Shown here one piece after another: positions 20,703 through 30,977 of a stretch of 64,000 nucleotides of DNA. Position 1 is the stretch's first letter. The number at the start of each line of letters is the position of its first letter. Under the pieces are notes generated by a model. It had not been told where the DNA came from, did no database searches, and saw only the letters and a list, made by a program, of their open reading frames with translations. The stretch is from an uncultured archaeon (GTDB lineage Archaea; Asgardarchaeota; Lokiarchaeia; Sigyniarchaeales; SOKP01): positions 21,894-85,893 of the forward strand of contig CAZOYD010000008.1 of NCBI GenBank assembly GCA_964583985.1, in the 5' to 3' direction. A program made the position numbers and the translations under genes.

Positions 20703-21317
20703 CTACCAGATTGAAAAATCTTTTTCTTTTGAGAAATCCCTCTTTAAGGGTTTTCCCGTAATTAAGGTGAGGTATCTAATATATGCAGATTGTTCTGCGC
20801 CTGTTACGTATTGTAACGCGTCTTCTAAAGTCATTCCTTTAGCAAAAATCCCATGACCACGTACTACTACAAAAGGATAATTTTTTAATATTTTTGGTAC
20901 TTCAATTGAGGTATAATATGCTCCCGCGGGTATTTTTACATCAATAATCGGTATTTTTTTGTATAATGCAAAACCTTCGGCGTCAATACACGTTATTTCA
21001 TCTTCGATTAACGAAAGAGCTACACAATAAGGATTATGTGCATGAATTACTGCCATTGCATCTGTTTCTAAATAAATTGCTCGATGAACTCCAAGTTCAG
21101 TACTAGCAATAAGTGATCCAGAATCTTCTTCTTTTAAATCACAAATTACTAAATCCTCTGGCTCCAGATTACCAAGCATTGCTGCTCTTCTTTTTATAAT
21201 AATCTTACCACCTGACTTTATTGAAATATTACCAGAATGGCTAGTATTATATCCATGTCTAACTAAATGCTCTCCAATCTTCTTAAACATATTATAAATA
21301 GACTCGTCTATAATCAT
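20703..21317 (-). CDS. Class II aldolase; probable rhamnulose-1-phosphate aldolase
   Basis: SGNIS, STE..VH, IHAH and GHG metal ligands; last gene of the rhaA operon. Confidence 0.85.
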   Translation of the reverse strand: MIIDESIYNMFKKIGEHLVRHGYNTSHSGNISIKSGGKIIIKRRAAMLGNLEPEDLVICDLKEEDSGSLIASTELGVHRAIYLETDAMAVIHAHNPYCVALSLIEDEITCIDAEGFALYKKIPIIDVKIPAGAYYTSIEVPKILKNYPFVVVRGHGIFAKGMTLEDALQYVTGAEQSAYIRYLTLITGKPLKRDFSKEKDFSIW

Positions 21318-21335
21318 GAGTTTCTCATATATTTT

Positions 21336-23129
21336 CTATAATTTAAAGTCAATTTCAAGATTTTTAATTAATTCCTTTTTAGGAACTCCTTCCTTATCCC
21401 AACCTCGTACAAAATAATATTGCTCTAACATGGATTCTAATGGTATTATATGACCCTTTGAAGCCCCTTCTTTTAGGGGTTCATTAAGAAACCTTGAAGG
21501 TAATGTATCATCATTTTTTGTAAAACCTTCTCTAATGTTAAACAGTCTTTCTAAATTATATATACGTTCTCCTATTTGAGTTAACCTAATAACATCAAAC
21601 TCAATACCAGTAATAGCTTTTAAGAAACGTGCATAATAATCAAGCCCTAATGCCCAACCTGCGAATGTGCAAATAACCAAACTATCTTCAATTGCTTTCT
21701 GATTTTGTTTTAATACTAGCAAATCAGGTTTCCCTGCTGTTGTAAACCTATCAATTTTTTTTGGGGCGGCAAATATCTCTAAGGATGCCATATATCCAGT
21801 AAGATGACATCCACCTCTATTGGAAGTGGCATATCCTAACGCATGCCCGATAGCACCTCTTGGATCATATGCGGGGAGTTCCAATCCTTTAACTTGCATA
21901 GCTATCTCTTCATTTTTATATCTCTTTGCTAATAATCTGGATCCTTCCCCAATTTGAGCTCCAATACCTTCTTTCTTAGCAATTTTTTCGACAATATTTT
22001 TTAGCATAATTGTGTTACCAAATTTTAAAGAAAGATCGTTCAAGAACCCTTTTTCATTTAATTCCATTCCGCATGAGATACTACCACCGCAAGATATTGT
22101 ATCAATTCCAAATTTATTGCATAAATAATTTGCCTGAGTTATCGTAATTAGGTCATATATACCTAAATTTGGACCAAGCGCCCAGACAGATTCATATTCT
22201 GGTCCTTTTCCCTGCATATCACCTGCTTTAGTTAATCTTCCGCATCTTATAGGGCAAGCATAACATCCTTCTCTCTCTTGTGTCAATTTCTTATTTATCT
22301 CTTCTCCACTTACTAAGCTAGCTCTCTCATCAAAACCTTTTTGAAAATTATTAATAGGAAACATACCCAATATATTAATCACATTAACTAAAGCAGAAGT
22401 TCCAAATTTCGGAAGTGAAGATCGAGTTATAGGAACCACTTTAATCTTATCTTGAGCGACTTCTACATACTTTTTCAACAATTCTTGATTATCAATATCA
22501 AATTTAGCATCACCACCTTTTACCACGATAGCTTTAAGGTTTTTAGACCCCATTACTGCTCCAACGCCTCCTCTTCCAAATGCTCTAGTTGCATCATTTA
22601 TTATTGCTGCTATCTTAATTAAATTCTCACCTGCAGGGCCAATCATAAGGGAATTAATTTTATTACCTTCAATCTTTTTTAATTCTTCTAAAGTCTTCTC
22701 AGTGTCGTATCCCCATAATTTAGAACCATCCTTTAATTCTGGTCCTTTTCCACCTTCTATTAAAAGATATCCTGGCTCTTTCAATCCCCCCTGAATTAAA
22801 ATACCATCATACCCACATCTTTTCATTACAACGCCAAAGGATCCCCCTGAATTAGAAAAAAATATCCCATTGGTTAAGGGTGATTTTGTGACTAACGAAA
22901 AGCGTCCATTTGTCGGAATTATAGTTCCTCCAAACGGTCCCGTTGTAAATATCAATAAATTCTTTGGATCTAAGGGATCAATATTAGCTGGAATTCTTTC
23001 CGATAATAATTTAACGCCTATCCCCCTACCTCCAATAAAATTTTCTAATACCTCTTCCGATAATAAGATTTCACTAATTTTTTCTTGATCGAGGTTTATT
23101 TCAAGAATTTTGTTATTCAATCCTTTCAT
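21336..23129 (-). CDS. aor: Aldehyde:ferredoxin oxidoreductase (W/Mo-pterin)
   Basis: GRGGVGAVMGSKNLKA, CYACPIRC, PEYES and RGGCH motifs. Confidence 0.93.
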   Translation of the reverse strand: MKGLNNKILEINLDQEKISEILLSEEVLENFIGGRGIGVKLLSERIPANIDPLDPKNLLIFTTGPFGGTIIPTNGRFSLVTKSPLTNGIFFSNSGGSFGVVMKRCGYDGILIQGGLKEPGYLLIEGGKGPELKDGSKLWGYDTEKTLEELKKIEGNKINSLMIGPAGENLIKIAAIINDATRAFGRGGVGAVMGSKNLKAIVVKGGDAKFDIDNQELLKKYVEVAQDKIKVVPITRSSLPKFGTSALVNVINILGMFPINNFQKGFDERASLVSGEEINKKLTQEREGCYACPIRCGRLTKAGDMQGKGPEYESVWALGPNLGIYDLITITQANYLCNKFGIDTISCGGSISCGMELNEKGFLNDLSLKFGNTIMLKNIVEKIAKKEGIGAQIGEGSRLLAKRYKNEEIAMQVKGLELPAYDPRGAIGHALGYATSNRGGCHLTGYMASLEIFAAPKKIDRFTTAGKPDLLVLKQNQKAIEDSLVICTFAGWALGLDYYARFLKAITGIEFDVIRLTQIGERIYNLERLFNIREGFTKNDDTLPSRFLNEPLKEGASKGHIIPLESMLEQYYFVRGWDKEGVPKKELIKNLEIDFKL

Positions 23130-24409
23130 AAACTCGTCCTCTTCTTCAATACATCATTTTCATAATCCTCAACAATATGGAACCAATCTCTTCCAATGGG
23201 AACTTTATGAATATAACAATAATAATCCCAAACTGAACCAAATGGAAGCGTTTTTAACTCCTCTAGAAAAGCTAAACGTTGAAAATATTTGTTATTTTCC
23301 TCATAATTGAGTAAAAGTTCTCGAGGTTGTAGTAATGCATATAAAAAACTCTTTAATGTGGCTCTCGCTCCTATAACCCAAGCTGCTATCCGATTTATAG
23401 ACGCATCAAAAAAATCCAACCCTATAAATATTTTGTCAAATGATTTTATTCGGATAACTTCTTCTGCAATCTGGATTAAATCGTCATTTAAAACAACAAC
23501 ATGGTCACTATCCCAACGTAAACTTCTACTAATATGAAGTAAGATTCCTTTAACGAAAGGAACAATTGCTGAAATTTTATCAGCAATAGATTCAGTGGGA
23601 TGGTAATGCCCAGAATCGATAGTTAACATAAGGTTATTCTTCACAGCATAACTCAAATAAAATTCATGGCTTCCTACTACAAAAGCTTCACTTCCAATAC
23701 CAAAAAGTTTTCCTTCTAATGAATCTTGAATATAACGAGAATCTAATTCTTGCTCCAAAATACGATCCAAAGAATCTTTTAATAATTCTCTGTAACCTAT
23801 ACGGTCAACAGGAGTATCTTTTGAACCATCTGGTATCCAGATGTTATGGATTACTTTAATATTCAGTTGTTTCCCTATCTCTACACTGATTTCACGACAC
23901 CTCATTACATGGTCTATCCAAAAATTGCGGATTTCAGGATCTTTACTACTTAATGTGTATCCTGAATCTGCTTTAGGATGAGAAAATAGAGTAGAGTTGA
24001 AATCTAATCCCAATTTCTCAATTTTTGCCCAGTCTATCCATGTTTGGAAGTGATTTGCATTAATTTCATTACGATCTACGAATTTATTAGCAAAATTCCC
24101 ATAAATAGCATGTAGGTTAACTCTGTGATTTCCTGGTATAAGTGAAATTGCTTTTGAAAGGTCATTCTGAAGTTCCATAATAGTTCTTGCTTTTCCGGGA
24201 TAACTTCCAGTTGCTATTATACCTCCTCCTGTTAATTGAGAATTGGGATGCTCAAATCCTCCTACATCATCTCCTTGCCAACAATGAATTGAAAGTGGAA
24301 TATTCTCCATTTTTTCAATAACCAAGTCTGTATCAACTCCCAATTCAGCATATTTTACTTTAGCGATTTCATATGAATCTTCTGTTTGATTAGATTTCGT
24401 TATGATCAC
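23126..24409 (-). CDS. rhaA: L-rhamnose isomerase
   Basis: HCWQGDDV.GFE, NLHAIY, WIPDGSKD, KLFGIGSE, RWDSDHVV and LDFFDASINR motifs. Confidence 0.96.
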   Translation of the reverse strand: MIITKSNQTEDSYEIAKVKYAELGVDTDLVIEKMENIPLSIHCWQGDDVGGFEHPNSQLTGGGIIATGSYPGKARTIMELQNDLSKAISLIPGNHRVNLHAIYGNFANKFVDRNEINANHFQTWIDWAKIEKLGLDFNSTLFSHPKADSGYTLSSKDPEIRNFWIDHVMRCREISVEIGKQLNIKVIHNIWIPDGSKDTPVDRIGYRELLKDSLDRILEQELDSRYIQDSLEGKLFGIGSEAFVVGSHEFYLSYAVKNNLMLTIDSGHYHPTESIADKISAIVPFVKGILLHISRSLRWDSDHVVVLNDDLIQIAEEVIRIKSFDKIFIGLDFFDASINRIAAWVIGARATLKSFLYALLQPRELLLNYEENNKYFQRLAFLEELKTLPFGSVWDYYCYIHKVPIGRDWFHIVEDYENDVLKKRTSL

Positions 24410-24435
24410 ATATAGTTATAACTTTTTATAACAAA

Positions 24436-27144
24436 ATGTATTATACTATAAATATGATAAAAACACCTTTTAATTTAAAATGTGAGTATCTATCTAATCC
24501 AATTGGGATTGATACAAAATCACCCCGCTTTTCATGGTTGATAGATCATTCAGAAAGAAATCAAAATCAATCCGCCTATCAAATTCTTGTTGCTTCTAAT
24601 AAGAATATATTGAAATCTAACAGTGGAGATTTATGGGATAGTGGTAAAATCGACTCTGAAAATCATTTCAACATTAAATATAAAGGTAAATCCCTTGAAA
24701 GTGATAAAACTTATTACTGGAAAGTAAGATGGTGGGATAAGAATTCAATAGAAAACAAATATAGTGAAATTGCGTTTTTTGGAACCGCACTATTTGAAGA
24801 AAGCGAATGGACTGCAAATTGGATAAGTAGACCTGAATTTTTAGATAAAACATCTCTTAGAAAGCTTAGGTATAAGGGACCACAAGGTCCATTTGGAGCA
24901 ATTAAAGAGGTGCATGCGATTTATCTTAGAAAAGAGTTTCAGATATCTAAACCAATTAAATCTGCTAAATTGTACATATGTGGAATCGGATACTATGAAC
25001 TCCGAATTAATGGATATAAGATCGGTGATAGAATCCTAGAACCCGCCCAAACCGATTATCATAAACTTGCTTTATATTCTACGTATGATATTAAGGATGT
25101 TATAGAAGAAAATAATGCTATTGGCGTTATTCTAGGCAATGGAAGATGTGTTGATCACTTTAAGTATGATTATCCTAAACTAATTCTTCAAGTTCATATC
25201 CATTATCAAGATGGGTCTAATGAACAAATATCAACTGATGAAAGTTGGAAAGTCTCAACTGGTCCAATAAAAGAGAATGGTATTTATTATGGTGAAGTAT
25301 ATGATGCTCGAGAAGAAGAAATTGAATGGGACAAAGCCGAATTTGATAGTACTAACTGGATAAATGCTGCAGTTGTTTCTGGACATAATTTAGCTTCACA
25401 AATGATGGAACCAATTCGAATTACTAAGACATTAAAACCACAAAAAATAAATAGCCCTCAACCTGGAATGTATATCTTCGATTTTGCCCAGAATTTTACA
25501 GGAGTATGTAAATTGAAGGTTCAAGGACCAAGAGGTAAAAAAGTTCAATTAAGATTTTCTGAGCTTGTTTATAAAGATGGAACTCTAAATCGAGCAACAA
25601 CTGGAGAAGCAGTAGCTACAGACGTTTATATACTTAAAGGAGAAGGTGAAGAAGTTTATATCCCACATTTTACATATCATGGATTTCGATATGTAGAACT
25701 TACAGGATTCCCAGGTGTTCCAACTAAGGAAACTCTTACAGGTTTATTCTTTCATAGTAATGTTACAAGAGCAAGCGAATTTAATTGCTCAAATCAATTA
25801 ATAAACCAAATTCACACTAATATTATTTGGGGTCAATTGAGTAATTTGATGAGTATTCCGACAGACTGCCCCCAAAGAGCTGAAAGGCAAGGCTGGATGG
25901 GAGATGCCGCCCTTACAGTAGAAGAAGCTATTTTTAATTTTGATATGGCAAGATTTTGTACCAAATATTTGAGAGATATAAAATTGGCTCAGAAGGATGA
26001 TGGGAGTCTATCTGATGTTGTTCCTCCGTATTGGAAATTTTATCCCGCAGATCCTGCATGGGGTACCGCTTATATCACTTTTGCTTGGTATGTTTATTAT
26101 TATTATAATGACATTGAGATATTAAAGGAACATTACGATTCGATGAAAAAATACGTAGACTTCCTTGCATCTATTGCGGAGAATGACTTAATTTTAATAG
26201 GGAAGTATGGTGATTGGTGTCCTCCTTGTAATATTGTCTCTCGTAGAACTCCTATTGCGTTGACATCATCATGGTATTATTATCATGACACTCTCCTCTT
26301 ATCCAGAATAGCTAAGATTTTGAAAAAAGATGAAGATGTGAAATACTATGAAACCAAATTGAAGGTTATTAAAGACGCATTTAATAATAGATTTCTAAAA
26401 ATTGTTTATGACGTTCAAAAGTTAGCTCCAACTGATTTCTCAGTAAGTCAAACATCAAATACACTCCCACTCTATCTAAATATGGTTCCAGAAAAAAAGC
26501 GTAAACTTGTACTGGAAACACTCATTGAAAGTATTAAAAGAGAATTTGATTATCATTTCAATACGGGAATAGTAGGTACGCGCTATATATTTGATGTTTT
26601 AACCGATAATGGGTATCCAGATATAATATATAAGATGGTAAATCAAACTAGCTTTCCAGGATATGGTTATATGGTTAAAGAAGGAGCTACTACATTATGG
26701 GAAAGGTGGGAAAAATTAGAAGATGTTGGAATGAACTCTCATAACCACATTATGCTTGGATCAGTAGATCCTTGGTTCTTCAAATCGTTAGCCGGAATGA
26801 ATGCACTTGAGCCAAGTTGGAAATCAATAAGGATTAAACCGTTTATACCTGAAGATATGGACTATGTGAGCGCATCACTGAAAACAATAAGAGGGACTTT
26901 ACATGTATCATGGGAAAAATTGTCAGATATGTTTAAATTTGTATGCCATATTCCATTTGGATCTACTGCAGAATTATGGTTTCCAAAATATTCTAAAGGA
27001 AAAACATTAAAAGAGGGTCAAGTTGTCATTTGGGAGCAAGGGAAACAAATTAGTAATGATACTATTAAATTATTAGAAGAAATAGATGATTACCTTCTGT
27101 TTAAATTTGGTTCAGGGTATTATGAGTTTAAAATGGAGATGTGA
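24436..27144 (+). CDS. Alpha-L-rhamnosidase GH78 (likely start 24454)
   Basis: FTYHGFRY, PTDCPQR.ER.GW.GD, GATTLWERW and SHNH motifs. Confidence 0.95.
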   Translation: MYYTINMIKTPFNLKCEYLSNPIGIDTKSPRFSWLIDHSERNQNQSAYQILVASNKNILKSNSGDLWDSGKIDSENHFNIKYKGKSLESDKTYYWKVRWWDKNSIENKYSEIAFFGTALFEESEWTANWISRPEFLDKTSLRKLRYKGPQGPFGAIKEVHAIYLRKEFQISKPIKSAKLYICGIGYYELRINGYKIGDRILEPAQTDYHKLALYSTYDIKDVIEENNAIGVILGNGRCVDHFKYDYPKLILQVHIHYQDGSNEQISTDESWKVSTGPIKENGIYYGEVYDAREEEIEWDKAEFDSTNWINAAVVSGHNLASQMMEPIRITKTLKPQKINSPQPGMYIFDFAQNFTGVCKLKVQGPRGKKVQLRFSELVYKDGTLNRATTGEAVATDVYILKGEGEEVYIPHFTYHGFRYVELTGFPGVPTKETLTGLFFHSNVTRASEFNCSNQLINQIHTNIIWGQLSNLMSIPTDCPQRAERQGWMGDAALTVEEAIFNFDMARFCTKYLRDIKLAQKDDGSLSDVVPPYWKFYPADPAWGTAYITFAWYVYYYYNDIEILKEHYDSMKKYVDFLASIAENDLILIGKYGDWCPPCNIVSRRTPIALTSSWYYYHDTLLLSRIAKILKKDEDVKYYETKLKVIKDAFNNRFLKIVYDVQKLAPTDFSVSQTSNTLPLYLNMVPEKKRKLVLETLIESIKREFDYHFNTGIVGTRYIFDVLTDNGYPDIIYKMVNQTSFPGYGYMVKEGATTLWERWEKLEDVGMNSHNHIMLGSVDPWFFKSLAGMNALEPSWKSIRIKPFIPEDMDYVSASLKTIRGTLHVSWEKLSDMFKFVCHIPFGSTAELWFPKYSKGKTLKEGQVVIWEQGKQISNDTIKLLEEIDDYLLFKFGSGYYEFKMEM

Positions 27145-27213
27145 GAAACTAAAAAATAATTTATTCATTATGTTATCCGTTTATATAATATAAAAGATGT
27201 ATCATGTGGAAAA

Positions 27214-27984
27214 ATGATTGCTGAAAAAAGAAGAGCTAAAATAATAGAACTGGTTAATCAACAAGGCTCCGTTTCAATAGAGGAGTTACTTGAATTGTTT
27301 GATGTTTCTAGGATGACAATTTGGAGAGATTTGAAAGAACTTGAGATTAAAGGTCAATTAATTAGAGCTCATGGTGGAGCATTGAAAATTGATGAGCTTA
27401 GCGATAAAGAAGAAGAATTTGATAGACGAAGGAAAGAAAATCTAGCTGAAAAACGTTTGATCGCAAAGTTCGCAGCAAAAAACTATGTAAAGAACTCTGA
27501 TATAATTTTCTTGGATGGTGGTTCGACAGTATTAGAAATGATACCTCACCTAAAACAAGAAAATATAACTCTATTATCTAATGGCTTAAACACACTATTA
27601 CTAGCATCTAAGTTTCTACCTCATCTGAATGTTATCGGTTGTGGAGGTATTCTTCGAAAATCATCTTATACATTCGTGGGGCATGAAGCAGAGGAATTTT
27701 TTAATCGTTATAAAGTCGATACCGCCTTTATCAGTGGTACCGGTGTCACACTTGAGGATGGAATAATGGATCCACATCCTATGGAGATGGAAGTAAAAAA
27801 AATTATGTGTAAAAATGCAAAAACAGTTGTAGCTCTAATTGATTCGAGTAAATTTGAAAAGAGGTCACTTTCCACCTGCGTAAAGATTGAAGAAGTTGAT
27901 TTTCTTATTACAGATAAAAAGGTATCTAAAAAAAATATCGATGCTATTAAAGCGAAAAATGTAGATATTATAGTCTTAGATTAA
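27214..27984 (+). CDS. DeoR/GlpR family regulator
   Basis: VSRMTIWRDL HTH; HGGA, FLDGGST and DSSKF motifs. Confidence 0.95.
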   Translation: MIAEKRRAKIIELVNQQGSVSIEELLELFDVSRMTIWRDLKELEIKGQLIRAHGGALKIDELSDKEEEFDRRRKENLAEKRLIAKFAAKNYVKNSDIIFLDGGSTVLEMIPHLKQENITLLSNGLNTLLLASKFLPHLNVIGCGGILRKSSYTFVGHEAEEFFNRYKVDTAFISGTGVTLEDGIMDPHPMEMEVKKIMCKNAKTVVALIDSSKFEKRSLSTCVKIEEVDFLITDKKVSKKNIDAIKAKNVDIIVLD

Positions 27985-28014
27985 CTTTCTTCATTTTAAT
28001 TTTAAATTAATAGT

Positions 28015-29514
28015 TTAAACTATCCCTTCCCAGATTTTATAGAGTGGATCTCCAATAGTTTCAATAACTTCAGGATTTATACTTAATTTCATAATATACC
28101 GTTTTTGTAATTCGTATACAGGCCAAGAAGGGATTCCGTTATGATCTGGGTGTCCTGATCGAGCAAAATTTAGCCAGGTGTCCATCATAATCTTAGTTAA
28201 TTTATGGGATTCCTCATTTACTTCTGTAGCTCCTTCCGCGAGATCTTGTTTATCAACGGTATCAAAGATAAAGGGGATTTCAAAACTATGAAGTGCAAAA
28301 CCAAATTTGGGAGATTTATAAGAAAACATGTACAAATAAATATCCGACTGGTGATTGATCATTGCTTCAAGAACACGTAAAATAGGAATCTTGAATGTAG
28401 AATCAGACAAAATTCCATCCCAATACATAAAAGGATTATCAGGGTATAACCCCTCCAGTTCAGATTTATAAGTATTTATTAATTTATTTAGATCTTCATC
28501 ATTAATCCCCTTTTTCTTGAAATTGGATTTAACAAATGTCATTATCAACTTTTTTTTGGCTTTCCCCGCTTCCTTTAAGAAATTAGAAAGAAATCCTAAT
28601 TCATTTTCATTATATCCTATCATCAATGGGATTTTTTGATAATTTCCTTTATTTAAAATTTCGATTGGTTGTTCTGGAATGATATTTCCATCAAGGAATG
28701 GCCAAAAAGGACTTTTATCCAAATTTAGTAAATCACCTACCATTTTCTTCTGAGTATTAATAATTATTTCAAAATCTACTTCTCGTAGTTGATCAACTTC
28801 ATTAACATCAATCTTGAGTTTTTTTAGGAATTTCAATCCACCCTCCCGAGATTTCTTGGGAACAAAATTCTGAGGATTTGCAGTACCACTTTGAACAATT
28901 GCCCGATGAAATAGACCTCTTGCTAAGGGGATTGCAAGTAAGATCAAGACGGACTGCCCACCGGCAGATTCTCCGAAGATTGTGATATTATCCGGATCTC
29001 CACCGAACAATTCTATATTATTATTAACCCATTTTAAAGCTGCGATCTGGTCTTGTATACCTAAGTTAGGTGGAATTCCGGACAAATTGAGAAATCCTAA
29101 AGCTCCAAGGCGATAATTAAAGCTAACGACAACGACATTTCCATAAGATGCAAGTCTTGAACCATCACTACGTGGTCGGGATCCTGCTTCAATAAGAAAT
29201 CCTCCCCCGTGGATCCAAAACAAAACGGGCCTTTTTTTATTATCAGAACCAGGAGTCCATATATTTAAATACAAACAATCCTCATTTTCAGGTAAATCTA
29301 TTTTAGATTCATCTTGTTGATGTTGCGGAGCTATAGATCCGAATTTAATGCAATCTTTCACATCATCCCATGGTTTTTTCGGATGAGGTTCTCGAAACCT
29401 TAAATCTCCAACAGGAGCTTCAGTATAAGGAATTCCTTTATATATTTCTATTCCATCATCAATATATCCACGAATTTTTCCAAATTTAGTTTCAATGATT
29501 TCAGTTAATTTCAT
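28015..29514 (-). CDS. Type B carboxylesterase
   Basis: EDCLYLNIW, HGGGF and FGESAG motifs. Confidence 0.93.
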   Translation of the reverse strand: MKLTEIIETKFGKIRGYIDDGIEIYKGIPYTEAPVGDLRFREPHPKKPWDDVKDCIKFGSIAPQHQQDESKIDLPENEDCLYLNIWTPGSDNKKRPVLFWIHGGGFLIEAGSRPRSDGSRLASYGNVVVVSFNYRLGALGFLNLSGIPPNLGIQDQIAALKWVNNNIELFGGDPDNITIFGESAGGQSVLILLAIPLARGLFHRAIVQSGTANPQNFVPKKSREGGLKFLKKLKIDVNEVDQLREVDFEIIINTQKKMVGDLLNLDKSPFWPFLDGNIIPEQPIEILNKGNYQKIPLMIGYNENELGFLSNFLKEAGKAKKKLIMTFVKSNFKKKGINDEDLNKLINTYKSELEGLYPDNPFMYWDGILSDSTFKIPILRVLEAMINHQSDIYLYMFSYKSPKFGFALHSFEIPFIFDTVDKQDLAEGATEVNEESHKLTKIMMDTWLNFARSGHPDHNGIPSWPVYELQKRYIMKLSINPEVIETIGDPLYKIWEGIV

Positions 29515-29590
29515 TTTGTAAAACCTTTATATATTATCAGATTGTATAATGCATTATCAATATTTAACAGTAATTTAAAAATAAACAGAT

Positions 29591-30952
29591 TTGAGTTTAA
29601 TGGAAAATAAAAAACAACTCAGTTCTAGAAATTTGTTGGGCTATGCACTAGGCGCCATTCCTAATGGATTGTTAGTATTCATCTTTGGATTAAAATATAT
29701 TCAGCTCTTTTTTGATAAGTTACATCTAAATCCGACTCTTTTTATCATTGGTCAATCAATTTACTTGGTTGTAAATGCTCTAAACGATCCGCTTTTAGGA
29801 CAAATGTCTGACAGAACAAATTCAAAAAAGTGGGGAAGTAAACGGACTATTTATATTAAATATGGGGCGCCACTTTGGGGATTGACATTCATGCTCGTCT
29901 GGTTTCCTTGGAGTTTTGATAATCAAATAATAATATTCCTTCATTTTATTATAAGCGTTTGTTTATTTGATACCATGCTTACCTTGGTAGTTTTAGTATG
30001 GATGGCATTATTACCAGAAATGACGTCTGATTTAGATGAGAGGAATAAAGGCAATTTGTATGCCATGATCTTAGGGGCTATATTTGTTCTTCCAATGTTC
30101 ATAATTGTTGGCGCAATGGATCCAACTTCATCGGAATTTGTTGGTTTAATGTTTATTGTGGCGATTTTTTCTACAATCTTATTAATAATAACTTCGTTTC
30201 TATGTCAAGAAAAACCCGAATTTCAAAAAGATGAGGGTCTTCCTTTAACTAAAGCCGTAAAAGAGACTCTAAAACAAAAGCCATTTTTAATTTACATGGG
30301 GTATATCTTCTGTGATGCTTTTCTTGGGTCAATAGGATTGAGTTATTTATTCATATATCTATTAGTCTTGGGTGAAGGAGGTCTCTTATACTATTTTGTA
30401 ATCTTTTTTTTCATTGGATACGGTTCCAATATACTCTGCATGAAATTAAGGCCAAAATGGGGGATGAGAAAGATCATGTTAAGGTTTGGAGTGTTAAAAG
30501 TGATACTAACTTTTATATTTTTTATCTTCATAGTCTTTATTAATGATTCCATCTTAGTAGTAATTGCCTTAGCAGTATTGACGCTATTGGGAGGTTATAG
30601 CATATTTAATACTCCAATTTTATACCTTTCTATAGATCAGGATGAGTTGAAAAATGGATCAAGAAGGGAGGGAATGTTCTTAGGAATGGACGCGTTAATT
30701 CACAAACCATCTCAAAGCATTGGTCCGATAGTTGCGACAATTGTTCTTGGTATATTTGGATACCTACAAGATTCTCCCGTGCAACCAGATTCGGCAATAC
30801 TCGGTATTAAAATACTCATGTTTCTGGTTCCCGCAATAGTATCAGCCATTGGTTTAACCTTTATATACTTTTATCCATTACACGGGGAGAAATTAGACAA
30901 CATGAGAGCAGAACTCCATAATCTACATGCTAAAAAACGAGAAAATATCTAA
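29591..30952 (+). CDS. GPH/MFS_2 family sugar transporter
   Basis: NDPLLGQMSDR and RREGMF motifs; ~12 TM helices. Confidence 0.9.
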   Translation: MSLMENKKQLSSRNLLGYALGAIPNGLLVFIFGLKYIQLFFDKLHLNPTLFIIGQSIYLVVNALNDPLLGQMSDRTNSKKWGSKRTIYIKYGAPLWGLTFMLVWFPWSFDNQIIIFLHFIISVCLFDTMLTLVVLVWMALLPEMTSDLDERNKGNLYAMILGAIFVLPMFIIVGAMDPTSSEFVGLMFIVAIFSTILLIITSFLCQEKPEFQKDEGLPLTKAVKETLKQKPFLIYMGYIFCDAFLGSIGLSYLFIYLLVLGEGGLLYYFVIFFFIGYGSNILCMKLRPKWGMRKIMLRFGVLKVILTFIFFIFIVFINDSILVVIALAVLTLLGGYSIFNTPILYLSIDQDELKNGSRREGMFLGMDALIHKPSQSIGPIVATIVLGIFGYLQDSPVQPDSAILGIKILMFLVPAIVSAIGLTFIYFYPLHGEKLDNMRAELHNLHAKKRENI

Positions 30953-30977
30953 TAACTCTCTTTTTTTTTTATTCTTA

